Positions 36,869 through 51,573 of a stretch of DNA of 64,000 bases are shown here, piece after piece. Under the pieces are notes generated by a model. That model was not told the origin of the DNA. It ran no database searches and was given only the letters and a program-made list of their open reading frames with translations. Origin of the DNA: Spironucleus salmonicida (lineage: Eukaryota). The translations under genes were made by a program, and so were the position numbers. Numbering within the stretch: position 1 is the first letter of the stretch; every line of letters starts with the position of its first letter. The stretch lies in NCBI RefSeq assembly GCF_000497125.1, contig NC_090601.1, forward strand, positions 1,054,001 through 1,118,000, read 5' to 3'.

Positions 36869-38513
36869 ATGTAAGATATGCTGTCAAAAATTATAAACGC
36901 AATGTTGCTAAAAGATGTTAAACCTGACGAGAATTCATGTATTTTAATCTCAGAGCCACTTAGTAACTGGTACAAAAGGAACAAGATTATTTACGTTAAC
37001 CTTGCTGCCGGTCAGAGGTGAGTAGTCTTCGACTCGGATCCCAACCCCGAGTGCGAGCAACTGCCGCAGGGGATTTACCTCGACATTCAGGTTTCCAACT
37101 TCCCAGACAGCGTCATCCGGGCCAGATTATGAACTACAGCTACAGGGACGACGCCCGCCTCTGCTACTCGTGCCCGGCCATCGGGTCGGACTCCACCTGC
37201 CAATTCATCCAGGAGGCGCTGGCTGCCAACATCTGCATCAAGTCCCTGACCCGGATGACGACCCTGCCGGTGGGGCAGATCCTCATCGCGCACCCGGCCA
37301 ACTCAGGCTGCTACGACAGCGCGCGGAACGAGATATTCTGGCAGGCGGACAAGGCCGTCGTTGAGCTCCATCTGGCCGGGGAGTGCCCCAACTCAGACAG
37401 GGCCATAGAGCATTTCGCGTTCCAGTTTTTCGGCCTGGCTGGCGACATTGTAGAGCTGGGCGTCAGCGGGCACGACGGGGCGGGGGACCCTGTATACACC
37501 GAAAGCGCGGCAGGGAGCCTGGTGCAGATCACCGTAAGCTACGACTTTTCGAGATGGGTGCTCGAGAACTTTAACCAGCTGAAGGTGCTGTTCTACATAA
37601 AGCTGGACACCACCACCATTGTGAAGCTCGCGGCCATCAGCATGATCCAGAGCGCGCAGCTAGACACGATGTACGCCAGCGCCATTTTTACGGTTTGGGC
37701 GGGGCGGTTTAACATCGTTGGCGACGGCCTCGCGAATGCTGCGGAGCTGAACGCCCTGTACATGCCGCAAATGCGCCGCATAAGGCTGCGGTATTAGATA
37801 TTCAGCGTGATCACAGCGCGGACGATTGACAATCTGTTCTTCGCGGCTAACGACTTTGACTTCGCGGCCATTGACCGAGGCATCACGTGCGACGACTCCA
37901 CCGATGGCGGGGAGTGCTCTCGGCTGATCGGAGTGCTTCAGAACATGAATCTGCTGGAGGTCGACATACTGGTGCATTACTACTTCTATGACCAGGCCGA
38001 TACGGCATACTTGTACTCCTCCACGCGGATAACCTCTGTCGAAAATACCTGCTGGTCCTCGATACTCGCCACTTTTAACACCGGCGAGGTCTGCGGGAAC
38101 TTCATCCGGAACGCCTTCTCCCGGCAGTGCCCCTACCTGGAGCCGCAGCCCACCGAGTTCACCATCCAGATCGGCGACTTGGTCCTGGCCAAAACCCTCG
38201 CGTACCAGATGGACCAGCTTGCCGTGTGCGTGCAGTGCCCGGCTTTGAATGCACGCGCCAGATTAAATAGTTATACAGGGTCGGCGCGCACATCACAATG
38301 ACCTTCTCCTCCGGCGGGCGGCAGCAGGTCATGAGGCCCAGGCTTATATTTAACAATGACTATTCGGTGTTAACGAATCGAATATTCTAGTTGTATCGCA
38401 CAATCACACCTTTAGTAATAACTCTTACAATTTATTAGATATTATAAATAAAATGTGGGTTTTTAAATTGTACAGGTAAAGCAAGTAAAGAAACTAATTC
38501 CCATGATATATGA
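36869..38513 (+). pseudogene. Mosaic surface-protein copy: decayed homologous ends around a core (37022-38374) near-identical to 48871-50223
   Basis: 5' MQDMLSKII...SNWYKRNKIIYVNLAAGQR*VVF and 3' TIYQILQIKCG...NSHDI* align loosely with the 48721 gene. In-frame TGA at 37019. Confidence 0.8.
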
Positions 38514-39477
38514 TATTAACTTAAAACGCTATACATCAATTTAAATATTTTGACACTTTGAAATGCTTGTATACATTATTATAATAGTCATGTAGGCACC
38601 TAAATAAATAATATGGAATTAATTTTTTTTAAGTTTTATGTACACTAAAACCTATCGCTAGCTAAGATGATAATTATAAGGATTAAGTTAATTAGTATAT
38701 CAAAAGTTATATTGCTTTGATTATAAAATATTCCAAATGCTGTAATGAATATGTACATTTTGGATGATTCTCAATTTATTGCTTAGAATTATATGGTATC
38801 TACTATATAATAATCTTTCCTAAAATACATTTTAACTGAGATCAATTTCTGTATAAAATACGAGATGACTAATTAAAATCTAACCATATGCAAAATGATA
38901 ATAGATGTGATAATAGATGCACCCATACTAAATATGAGGATAAATCTGGAATATAAAAACGTCTATACATGCTGCGTTCTACGATATTAATTATTTACTA
39001 TTGCCCCATAATTTCCTTTATCAAATAGGCCATTCGCATTAATTCCGATAAAATACCAAAATTTTATGTAATTTGGCCTGGAATTCTTCCCACTGCACCA
39101 TCAAATGTGATAAATATGCTATTTATATATACTATCATTCACTACACTTTTACCTTAACCCATCAATCTAAATCGTTTAACTAGCTGAGACTTAACCTAA
39201 TTTCCCACATTCTTGCTAACCGGCTAGCACCAGATACACACTCCAAATCTAAGCCTCGGAAACTCATACCCATACGACCCTTTCAACTTACACCGTTTGG
39301 CGCCAATTTTCTCTCTGAATTACCACATAGAAAAGAACTACAGTTATCCAAATCATCTCAACTGATATAAAAATAAAATTAGATTCTCTACCGAATTTTC
39401 CCAGCAGCAAGTTTTACAGCAAAATCCAATCTCTCGTTCTGCCTGTGCTATAACTATTTAATACTTCTCCAAATTGC

Positions 39478-41898
39478 TCACTCGCCAACCGTTTGCTTTC
39501 CTATCAAATTGATCTTCGCGATCATCGTATAGCGCTCCAAAGCCCTTGGCAGGCGTGCCAAAGTCTCCAAATTTCTACCGAATTCTGCGGAAACTTCAGT
39601 CTCGCACGACGGTGTCGGCGTCGTGTAGAATTTGTCGCTGCCTATCAAGAAAGCGTCATTAATTCCTGTTCTGAGCCAGTAATCGACGCTGCGGCGCAGA
39701 ATGAGGCATTTTAGCTGCATACTGCACGCGGCTAATTAGCCATCTTCGCCTATGAGACCCAGTTTCAGGTTTTCTAGGCGCAGAGAGCCAAGAGACCGGG
39801 TTTAGAGAAGGCGAGTGAACTTCTGCACCAGGGGGTTTAGAATTATAGCTGAGGAAACGGAGAGAAATGAGAGATTCCGCAGATCAGAAAACTCGAGTTT
39901 TTCGATTGCCAGGTTACGCAGGGTTACTGACTTGATGTTTGGGTGGAGGAACAGCTGCAAAGGTACAGAATTTGATGCTTTTTCAGAAATGAAGAGGGAC
40001 TCAATATTATGTGTGTGCTGTAAGAGGTCGAAGAGGCTTTCTCTTAATTCCTCTAGAAAGCTGCAGTCTTCTATCTGTAGCGTTTTAAGCTGCAGATTTC
40101 CGGTCTTCTAAATAGCGAAATTTTCAATTTTGGAATCCTTAATGCACAAATTATAAAAGTTTGACAGCAAATAGACATAAATATCTACTCCAATAGCCGT
40201 TAGATTCTCAACATGAATAGCATTGCTAATTTCAGCTATCGGCGAGTTTTCGTAGATTAAGGTAGTAATACTATACTTCTCCTGTAACTCTAGCTTTAAA
40301 TAGGATTTAGTTTGTATAACTAGGGATTTTGTATTTTTCGGGATCGGCATGTTGGCTGTAATATCTGTGATTACATGTAATTTATTATTAATTTCGTCGT
40401 TTGATAATGAGAGATTTTCAATCTAATGGAAGGTATGCAACTTCTTGCCTATCAGATTCTCAGGAACTCTAAGGATGTAGATGTTTTACATGCAAATTTC
40501 GGCGAAATCCCGCCTGCAAAGAAGATTATGCAGCCTCATAACCTAAATAACAGTGATAGGCACCGATATTATGCTGAATTTCGACAAATCATACGAAGCA
40601 AAACTGCAGTCGACGATGTATCTATAATGTTCCAAGATTTCTATACGTTCCCATTGCGCATATCCGGAGCAAGAGTTCTCGTATTCAACGTAAATGGAGA
40701 TAAATCTACCAGGATGGCTGTAAGAGTACTTGGTAACGTTCCCTTTGCTGAACCTGTAGTTTAACACCGGACAGCGAATTTCCAGATTTTCGATTTTGTA
40801 AAGCCTGATCGAAAGCTCCTCTAAAAAGTCGGTATTCTTGCCTATTATGAGGTTCTTGATGGTGCAGTCAGGGTCGGGGAATTCAATTGAGCTTTGCCGG
40901 TGGAGCACCAGCTTGCGTAGGTTCTTAGCCTGGCTCAGCCCCGCAAACCCGTCAGCAAGCGCAACCCCACTTGTCTGCCTCGCGCCTACTATGCTGCTAT
41001 TTTCTATGACAACGCTATTTATCGCAACACCGCTCCACACCTACAGCATCTAAACCGTCGCATCTACCAAGCTAAGTTGCTCTAAACACGCGCCAGCCGC
41101 TTTTTAAGGCTTCTTCAGTTCCAGCTTGCCGATTTTAGCGCTTATGCATATTTTCCCCTAAAACGCCGTTTTAAAGCTTTTTATCGACGATTTAACGTCC
41201 GATTTATGGTCCTCTTGCGCTGAGGGGCAGTTCTGATTCTAGTCAATAACAAGTGCCAAATCGCACTAATTCTAGTCGTTTCTCAGCTTCTGAGAGCCCA
41301 AATACTGTAACTGATATAAGTAAACTTCTGGTCGGCAACTTGCATTTTTCAAAGCTCCCTAAGAATTGCCTGAACTTGGATCGGTTTATTGGACTTGTTA
41401 GCAGCAGCGTAGGAGCTGAATTGGTACGGAATTGAGTTATTTATCGCTGAGAACAAGGCACACAGGCTATATCAGATGCGGCTAAGGCGCCTTTTAGTCG
41501 CTGAGTGAGCACTTCTAGCTAGGTAGCAAAACCGCTCCATTTACCCGAAATGACTGTAGCGAACCCTTGCTCTAAAGCGCTACTTTGTAGACGCTTTCCA
41601 ACTCGCAAATTACAGCGTCTTAGTCCAAGACATAGTTTTGGAAATTGCTGGGATCTTTAATATTAGGAGCAAAAAGTTGATTTTGAACTCGAGGCTCCAC
41701 TATATTTTCAGGTAAAATGGACGGCGTGCGCTCATTAGGTGGCAGATGAGTTGGCCAATTTTCTTGCGGAAATGACTCGTTTTAGGCCTAGTCCTGGACT
41801 GTGGTCTACCTGCCAAATTCGGAGCAGGTTTCGGACGGCAAAACAGCTACTTGCTTAGCGGACTAGTAAGCAATTTTAGGGATGCACGAAATGGGCAT
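39478..41898 (-). CDS. Leucine-rich-repeat-like hypothetical protein (806 aa)
   Basis: Listed ORFs at 39478, 40108 and 40543 share the frame of ATG 41898 in code 6. LRR-like LRKLVL, IENLEI, LKTLQI. GAG-TGA end. Confidence 0.65.
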
Positions 41899-42892
41899 TT
41901 TATATAACTTTGCATTTATATCATACAAAATAAAACTTGAATGGATAAAAAGCTGATATAAGATCACTGGAGTAGGGGAAAGGAGCTAAGAGGTATTTAA
42001 AATCTTTTGGAGTGGAAATATAATTGCATATTATTATACAATTATATGCCGAGAATTAACGTGACAGTTGGAAAATGCCTCTTGCAAATTAAGCCAAGAT
42101 AGCTCGATTTTGCCACAGCTACTCATTTCGATAGGCGTAAGATTCAAGGTACTATAAGGGGAATAAGGTATACCTCTGATAGCCCAATTACTTACCAATC
42201 CCAGATAGCAGCAATTGCATACGTACCTGGAAATTATTCTTGCTAATCCAGCAGTTTAGTTTACGTATGCAGGTAGCGATACGAGTAAGCTAGATAACTT
42301 GTTATACTAACTAGGCTCTGACTGCATAACAATTTTGCACTTTAGTAGTCCTAGGTTTTACGTTACAGCTGATTTCCACTATTGCTTTTGTACTGTCAAA
42401 ACTGCACCAAGATAAACCTTATATTAAGACTGTTTAGTTACCAAATATTATTTATTTTAAAATACCCAAATAAACAGGTTCCTCTTCGAAAAGTAAATGT
42501 TAATTTTGATCCTTAAGATTTCCAAAGACCGATATTTAATAGGTTCTAGCGAAGATAGAACTTTGCAGTTTTACTATTTAATAGTAAAATCCCACTGCCA
42601 AGCAACCCAGTTTTATAGCCTGCATAGATAGTTTTTGGTTTTACTGCTAGGTTACGCTGGGAATCGTCTAACATGTGCTGAAATATGATTTGCATAATTT
42701 CGCTTACACACCGAGCTTAGCCTTTGTCTAGTTATACTTAGGCCACTAACAAAGGTGATACGTACCATTTAAAGTAGATACTACGTAGTTTGAAAAATAT
42801 GCTACTCTTAACCTACATTATCGCGAAATACAGTTTAAACATAATTTTTTAAATAGAAAACCGCCTTTAATCGTCAAAAATGAATAATTTCC

Positions 42893-44554
42893 TCAAACTT
42901 CACTTGCAGAATGATGCGATTCCTCGATAAATTTCAGGTTTCTGACCTTGTGCTTCTGGTAGCCCTTCTTGTGCGCCTCATCCTCGTGATTTCCGAAGCG
43001 CATGAAGGATATTAGAACAGTCAAAACCACCAGGACCATCTGAAAAACCACCACAGAAATCACGCTGACGATGAACTTTTTGGAATCGTCATTTGGTATG
43101 ATTGCTCCTACGATCGCGAAGATGCTCTGGTTCAGACTCCCGGCGAGAGAGCTGCCAAAGGTCCTAGATAGCGCCGGAAATCCACAAACGTACTGGGAAA
43201 GAGACCTTGGGGCGCATGTGAGAAGCAGCCCGAAAGTATGCTGCTGCACCCACACCGAGAAGAAAATGTACGCGAAGAACATGACTAAAGCCCCGTATTT
43301 GTGCTAGAACACCCCTGCGAATACGGCCATTTGGACGAGCAAAACGAGCTGCACTATCGGCATCAAATGCCGCGTAACTATCGACCGCGACATGTAGTTG
43401 TTGATAAAGGTGCTAATAACGCCAAAAGCAGAGCCGGATGCGCTAATTATGCCAATCAGCGGCTCCGGAAACGCCACAAAAGTCAGAATCTGCGGAATCA
43501 AATTCTGAAGCGATAGCGTATTAGTGAAATTTAGCGTGTTGGTAATGAGAACGTCGGAGAGCGGGTTTCGCAGGAGCCCCAGGGGCAAAATCGGCTGCTT
43601 GACTCTCTTCTCGAGGAAGTAAAACAAGACGCAAGACGCCACAAAAACGGCAAACAAAATCCCAGCCGCCAGGAAGTCCTAAAACGAGATGAAGGTGAAC
43701 GAGAGCGTCGAAGCGATCAGCACGCACCCCAGGAGAAACGCTCCCAAATAGTCATATTCCAGCCACTTTCCAGAGCGTTTGGCCTCCGAAAACGGCACCA
43801 AAAGGACGAGTGCGAGCGCAATTAGCACCACTGGACACAAGTGGACGTACCGCCACCCGAACGCGTCGATCACGAACTGGCCCACAATGGGGCAGATAAC
43901 CTGCTGCGCCATCCGCAGCGTCAGCGTGTTCGCTACGGACTGCCTCCGATTCGCGTCGCTCGGGTACGACGATACGAACATGTTCCTGGTCGAAACGAAG
44001 CCGGAAGTTGCCCCTCCGATGAACGCGCGAATTACGACTAAATAGACGAAATCAGTCACGAAAAACGCCAGTACGTAGAGCGCCAGCGCGACCACCAGCA
44101 GGATTCGCGTGAGCGTCACGACTCCTGTGAGCTGTGTGAGCCTAGAGAGCGGAATCGCGGTGGCCGCTGTTCCGAGGTAGTATGAGGTGCCCAACCACTG
44201 CGCCTGAGCGTACGAAATGTTAAGTTCGTGCTGGATGAGCGGGAGCGCCAGCGGGAGCACTGACTCATCGAACTGGTTGATTGAACACACAAAAAAAATG
44301 TAGGGGCAGATTGCCCAGAATGTCGATGTGCCAGGCGAATTTTTATCCCAGTGCCAGGGCCGCCTGCGGCCGGCTTGTGGGGAGGTGTCTGGCGGAATCT
44401 CCGCATTATGGTCTTCTGGGAGGCCATCGGAAGCGATTTGGATTATGGGGTGTGGATTTCGATTTTGCTGAATGTCTTCGATTTGATGGTCAATTTGTAC
44501 GATTTCTTCCTGTTCTTGGGGCGAAAATGGAAGCACGTTGTGTTTCGCAGTCAT
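42893..44554 (-). CDS. Major facilitator superfamily transporter, DHA2/EmrB-QacA-like (553 aa)
   Basis: Three listed ORFs join via TAG=Q. Motifs LPLALPLIQHELNISYAQAQWLGTSY, FGWRYVH, DYLGAFLLG, EKRVKQPILPLGLLRN. Confidence 0.92.
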
Positions 44555-44576
44555 TTCAAATATATAATTATAATTA

Positions 44577-45043
<467 letters not shown>

Positions 45044-45251
45044 TCAAAACTATGTTTTTTTCTGTAATAATGTTTCAATTACTAAATATTATATCATATA
45101 AAATTAAAAAACTTTTGTGTTTCCGTGTGTTAATATGGTGATAATCAAATAGATATAGCCATGTAGAATTTTCGCGAGATTTATCTCGAATTATTAGACA
45201 AATTAGAAAAAATTAATTAAATAATATAATACAATAGTGATATTTCTGGAA

Positions 45252-45527
45252 ATGTCAAAATAATCAGATATGATTCTACTAACAGAGTTAGAAAGTACTC
45301 TAGCACAAAAATCTTAGATAAAGGCGCCTGTAAAAACCTAGGTTACTCCGAAAGAGTCAAGTGTGATTTTTATGGACACAAATAAAAATATAGCGGATAC
45401 TGTGTCTGGAATATCTTTGGATTCCATCTTAGCTAGTGATCAAAGTAATTAGTCAAACTCATACTCAGCCAGATCGCGTAGAGGAGTGATGGAGGAATAT
45501 TGGGCGAACCACTGTCCAAAAAAGTGA
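45252..45527 (+). CDS. Small Ser-rich hypothetical protein (91 aa)
   Basis: MSKQSDMILLTELESTL...GVMEEYWANHCPKK*, AAG-TGA end. Confidence 0.55.
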
Positions 45528-46006
45528 TCATCTGTAGATTCTATTAACTAATTATTTTATTTTGTATTTGAAACTAATTATTACCCTTTTAATCATAATT
45601 TTTCTCGACCTCATAAGTTGTTATACACTATCAGCTGTTTTAAGTTAGATCATGGTAGCAAGAGTGATGGTGGGTTTGATAGAGTATTTTATGAAAGTTT
45701 AAATTAACTGGTCCATTTCAAAATAGGGAGAATATTTAATTAGTATAAATGAACAATAAAATTTATGTTGCGTACTCAATCACAAAGTTTTCTAAATTAT
45801 GCCCATTGTTTATTATAATTAGTAGAAATTTATTATTCGCAAATAAGATTTATTATATTTATTGTTTATAAACAAATTATTATTTAATTTATATGTTATA
45901 CTTATTATATCATTAATATATTTAAATATTAATTATTTAAAAATATTTAATTAATTAATACATATAATATAGTTCCAAAGTTAATATACAAACTGCATTC
46001 CTTTAA

Positions 46007-48364
46007 ATGGAGCAAGAATATACCAACAGAATTCTCATCTTCAACGACGAATCACGCTAATACTTCAACGATCTTCAGATAACTGATATTTCGTAATTTT
46101 TAACAGACATCATACCCGTTATAAATGCGAATGCTCAGTTAGAGCGAGGCTTCCTGCTAAACATACTTTTAGAAAAACTACCTTAAACTCTAACAGACAC
46201 CTAAATCCAACAACTATATACTATTTCAGTCTCACCTTTGGATATTCCGACCAAATCGGCTATTATCGTCCTCTACCACAAATACAACCTAGAAAACCTG
46301 ACAAACATCATTCTCAGCCAGCCGCCAGTGCGGTTCTTGACAAAATAGGCGAAATCAATAGCAGTTCCCCACTTTTATAACCTGATCCTCTTCATAGACA
46401 CATTTGCAGGCGAGAAAGAGCTCGACATCGTCCTGCAATGCATGAAATAGCTCACAAAACTGCGAAAATCGATCCTGAGCGAGTTTGTCCTCTACGCGCT
46501 GGCTGAAGACCAGCTCAAGACCAACCAAACAGCGTCATTTTTGCTGAATCTGGACCTCCCAGCGTACGAAGAAGCCATGCAGGCCACTTTCGGCTACTTC
46601 TTCGACTATTTCCCGCTCAACTCCGACAACAACGCGGTCAAGAACGCACTCGTGGAAGCCATTACGATCCCCGGCGCCGCATTCGACTTCTACGAGCTCT
46701 TCCTGGAACGCTACCGCGAGGGCGCCGATATCACCAGAATCTGGCTAGAAAGCGTTTTTTCTGACTTCTTAAAAAGGACTGAAAAGTTAAATTCAATTTC
46801 ATTTTCGAACCGAAATTTGCGCGATTTGTACACTGAAATTTGCGATTATTTCGGTCTAAAACCGCTCATTTTGCACGAAAATTTCGTCGATTTACCGTCA
46901 GAATTCGACCAAAATCAGTTCATTTGCGTCTTCGGAAACGGCCCTCAGGCCTACAGTTCCGACCTTTTCGACATCGCATCCGCCGGCTTCATGTTCGGAG
47001 AGCCACACTACAAAGAAATCATCACGAAACTGATATAATAAGACCCTGAAATCAGCAGAAAAATCGACATTTTGGTTTCTCGGGAAGTGAAATTTGGAGC
47101 GGAATTGACTATTAAAGAGAATATATTCCAAATACTCCAAATTGCGTGTAAAATCCGCTTCCAAAGCAGCGTTTTCGACGTAATTTAAAGCGTGAATTTA
47201 TTCGAAAATAGCTGGGAATTGATGAGCTGCGCGGTCGTTCTGAGCTGCTTTGAGAATTTCTCGCGCGGCGGCGTCCAAATTCCGCAAATCGACCGATTTT
47301 TGCTGAGAAATTTTGCGCTCAAATTGCTCGAATTTCGCGAAAAAATTCCGCTCCAAAAACTCATTTTCGTGCTCAATTTGCTCGATTTTGACGACCTTTT
47401 GACGCAGAACGTCAGAAACGCGAAATTGGACCATTTGGACCGATTTCTGCATTTTCGCGGAATTTCGGTTTTTTCTGTACCCCAAAAATCGACTCACGAC
47501 CTCATTATATCACATGAGGAAAACGTCGCCTGCTACGACGTGGACGTTTTGTTGGATCAGTTGTTATATCAGTAACTTCCAACGACTTTTTTGGCCGATT
47601 TTGACGCAAAATTTGACCAAAATTTCGTGAAAATACTCGTCCAGCGCCTGCCAGTTCAATTCCTGCTGAAGGCATTTTCTTCGGACGTTTTTTCTGACGA
47701 AAATATCGCGTTTTTTGTCGAAAATTTGGGCGATTTTGCGGTTTCTGGAGCGCGAATTTCGCGCATTTCGCGGCGTTTTCTGAGCGTGAAAGCGAGGCTC
47801 ATAATGGAGCGGAAAATCGAATTCCCGCAGGACGATTTCGAGCTCGTTTTCGCGGTCAAAGCGATAAGGAAATAGCGCGTTTCGGAGGTCGAATTTGCTG
47901 CGTTTTTGGCGATTTTTGAGCGCGAAAACTGCGAAATTGCGGCCCTTCCGCTGCTCGCCGCAGAGCAAATTCAGCGCCTGCTGGACGTCGCCAGCGTCCA
48001 GAATTAGTGCAACATTTTGCTTTTGGCGCAAATTGACGTTTCCGCGTTAAAAATCGATAAACTTGATCGTCTCAGTATAATCGATATTACTACTGACAAT
48101 ATAATAATAATACTTCAAAATTTGGCGATTCTACAGCGAATTGATGTGAATTTGCTGGCGAGTATTTGCCTGCAGGGGATCGTTTCTGAGAGCGAATTTG
48201 AGCGGCGGATGGGCCTGCGGCTCGCTAGCCAGCTGCCGGCCGGGAGCGTCAGGCACGACGTGCGCAGAAAGGTGTTTTAGAGCGTTCAGGATCTGCTGGA
48301 GAGCCCGAGCGCGCAGGTCAGGGAGCTGTGCAGGCGCGTGCGCGTGTGCTGGATGGAGCAGTGA
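46007..48364 (+). CDS. MMS19/MET18-like HEAT-repeat protein (785 aa)
   Basis: Single code-6 frame. FAGEKELDIVL and FFDYFPL resemble MMS19 GEKDPRNLL and CYFPI. C-terminal VQDLLESPSAQVRELCRRVRVCW resembles the MMS19 end. Confidence 0.7.
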
Positions 48365-48720
48365 GCGGTTTTTTCGTGTGGGGCAAGTTGAAAAATCGAG
48401 AAACTGGGATCTTTATTTTAATAATAATAGAAAATTATTATAGTGTAATAATAGAGATAATTGTGAGGAAAATAATAATTATTAGATATTATATGGTAAT
48501 ATAGATAATATAGTAAATTAAGTTTTTGGGTTAAAATGATAGTATAGTTATTATATTAAAAATATATGTTTTATAAATATTTTTTGTGCAGAAAAAACAC
48601 CAAATTTTTGTTTTATGCCTTAGAGCAATATATTATACTACCAAAATTGTCATAAAGTAGTAATTACTTTTCAGTATATAGATTAATATGAGTGACGATA
48701 TTTAAGTATTTTCTACAAAA

Positions 48721-50362
48721 ATGTATCTGATTCTAGCCACAGTTTCCGTGCTAGTTCCAGCCGCAGATATCGCGGCCGAGGAGAGCAGATTTTTCGTTCC
48801 AGAGGTCCTCGAGAACTGCTACGCGCGAAATAACATTCTTGAGGTCAACATCGACACAGACCAGATTTGCGTAGTCTTCGACTCGGATCCCAGCCCCGAG
48901 TGCGAGCAACTGCCGCAGGGGATTTACCTGGACATTCAGGTTTCCAACTTCCCAGACAGCGTCATCCGGGCCAGATTATGAACTACAGCTACAGGGACGA
49001 CGCCCGCCTCTGCTACTCGTGCCCGGCCATCGGGTCGGACTCCACCTGCCAATTCATCCAGGAGGCGCTGGCTGCCAACATCTGCATCAAGTCCCTGACC
49101 CGGATGACGACCCTGCCGGTGGGGCAGATCCTCATCGCGCACCCGGCCAACTCAGGCTGCTACGACAGCGCGCGGAACGAGATATTCTGGCAGGCGGACA
49201 AGGCCGTCGTTGAGCTCCATCTGGCCGGGGAGTGCCCCAACTCAGACAGGGCCATAGAGCATTTCGCGTTCCAGTTTTTCGGCCTGGCTGGCGACATTGT
49301 AGAGCTGGGCGTCAGCGGGCAGGACGGGGCGGGGGACCCTGTCTACACCGAAAGCGCGGCAGGGAGCCTGGTGCAGATCACCGTAAGCTACGACTTTTCG
49401 AGATGGGTGCTCGAGAACTTTAACCAGCTGAAGGTGCGGTTCTACATAAAGCTGGACACCACCACCATTGTGAAGCTCGCGGCCATCAGCATGATCCAGA
49501 GCGCGCAGCTAGACACGATGTACGCCAGCGCCATTTTTACGGTTTGGGCGGGGCGGTTTAACATCGTTGGCGACGGCCTCGCGAATGCTGCGGAGCTGAA
49601 CGCCCTGTACATGCCGCAAATGCGCCGCATAAGGCTGCGGTATTAGATATTCAGCGTGATCACAGCGCGGACGATTGACAATCTGTTCTTCGCGGCTAAC
49701 GACTTTGACTTCGCGGCCATTGACCGAGGCATCACGTGCGACGACTCCACCGATGGCGGGGAGTGCTCTCGGCTGATCGGAGTGCTTCAGAACATGAATC
49801 TGCTGGAGGTCGACATACTGGTGCATTACTACTTCTATGACCAGGCCGATACGGCATACTTGTACTCCTCCACGCGGATAACCTCTGTCGAAAATACCTG
49901 CTGGTCCTCGATACTCGCCACTTTTAACACCGGCGAGGTCTGCGGGAACTTCATCCGGAACGCCTTCTCCCGGCAGTGCCCCTACCTGGAGCCGCAGCCC
50001 ACCGAGTTCACCATCCAGATCGGCGACTTGGTCCTGGCCAAAACCCTCGCGTACCAGATGGACCAGCTTGCCGTGTGCGTGCAGTGCCCGGCTTTGAATG
50101 CACCCGCCAGATTAAATAGTTATACAGGGTCGGCGCGCCCATCACAATGACCTTCTCCTCCGGCGGGCGGCAGCAGGTCATGAGGCCCAGGCTTATATTT
50201 AACAATGACCATTCGGTGTTAACAGAGTGTTTATTCTATTTAGGTTGCGCAGTAATAATATTTTTAGTTGGTATATCTATTTATAAAATATTAGAAGTAA
50301 AGCTGGGCATTACTCTTAAGAGGAAAAGAGTTGTAAAAGATTGTAATTTTGATGATATTTGA
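48721..50362 (+). CDS. GC-rich type I surface protein with two apparent 1-nt deletions (~48970, ~50088)
   Basis: Hydrophobic N-terminus MYLILATVSVLV, Cys-containing ectodomain, TM LFYLGCAVIIFLVGISIY. First frame join confirmed against the AT-rich paralog at 28675, the second inferred from the TM frame. Confidence 0.75.
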
Positions 50363-50380
50363 GATGAATAATTTTTGAAC

Positions 50381-51160
50381 TCAATCTTATTTGATAATAA
50401 AGTAGTGCATTACTAAATTAACGCGAAACTAAATTTCTTTAAACCATATGATTGACTTTTAGTTGCACATGGTTTCAATCATAAATTTAGTGATAATGGT
50501 GATATTCGCGATCAAATTGATATTATTCTCAGTTAAATTTATTTATTTTACTTCTAGGACTTCCATTTAACCTCCACCAACCTAAAAATTTAATGCTGTA
50601 AAAGTTGAAAACGGTATAATTTATATACAATTTAACTAAGATCTGCCACACTCAACTAGACTACCAGTTGGATTTGCTATACAGGATATACATCTCAATC
50701 TTTGCATCGATGCAGGATATCCTACACCTAAGCGATTTAGAGACTAGCAATAACAGCTACGAGACAGAGCCCATCTTAGGCATCCCCAGCCTTTATAGTA
50801 AACTTACCTGCTCAAACAGTAGTATACTTCATAGTAAAACGGTTCGCATATCCGATGGCATCCTATTTACTGGATTAATCGTGAATACAGTAGCAATTAT
50901 GTATTTGCTACTATAGTGGTCAGTACCCCATGGTCAGTTACATTAAAACTGATCTTCATTTAAATAATTTTAGCAGTATCCGGATAGCCCAAGTCGCTCT
51001 GGAAGGCAACCGGAGCCAGACATGCCTGGAACTTTGGGAGCACCCAGCGGTATTGGCACGACCATGCGGTTAGAGCGACTTGGATAATGTCCTGCTGTGC
51101 TCAAGGTTCATTGTTTATCTCATTAGTTACGCACTTAATATACTATATATCATTATTCAT
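50381..51160 (-). CDS. Hypothetical protein (259 aa)
   Basis: Code-6 ORF MNNDIQYIKCV...QQDIIQVALTA...YRWVLPKFQACLAP, open to TGA 50381. Confidence 0.5.
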
Positions 51161-51277
51161 TTAGAAAAACTAATTTTGTTGTTTTTAATAATTTCTCCTG
51201 ATAGTAAAAACAAGTTGCACTTCTTGACTGGCTGGAACAATAATAGGTATTACTGTTATCTAGGCCCTTTTACTAGA

Positions 51278-51517
51278 ATGGACCCCATTAACCGAAAAGT
51301 CCAGATCGCGGAGCAGCAGAGCGTCATCGACAACATGTTCCTGGCGGGGCAGCTCAAGAAGAGCAAGACGGCGTGGGACCTGGCCACCGAGAAGGACGAA
51401 CCGCCAGCATCAACCTCTGGCAAGCAGCCGGCCCCGAACCGCAACCACGACCGCCCGGAACTGGGCGAAGTCCTCTCCGTCCGTGAGGCCAAGAGCGCCG
51501 CCAAGCTGTTCGATTGA
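51278..51517 (+). CDS. Small hypothetical protein (79 aa), copy 2
   Basis: Same protein as 31223-31462. Confidence 0.7.
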   Translation: MDPINRKVQIAEQQSVIDNMFLAGQLKKSKTAWDLATEKDEPPASTSGKQPAPNRNHDRPELGEVLSVREAKSAAKLFD

Positions 51518-51573
51518 TTGTTTTGAAATACACTTATATATACTCAGCAATACAACGTCCTCTTTCCGCAATA

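Noticed and set aside
37019-37021. TGA at a Cys-homologous position as selenocysteine
   Set aside because: The surrounding segment is generally decayed and no SECIS was recognised. A nonsense mutation is simpler.
41941-42800. Possible plus-strand gene
   Set aside because: Competing frames with TGA stops and no motif support.
50085-50145. Spliceosomal intron explaining the frame change
   Set aside because: No ACTAAC branch point fused to a 3' AG. A single missing base restores a sensible frame.
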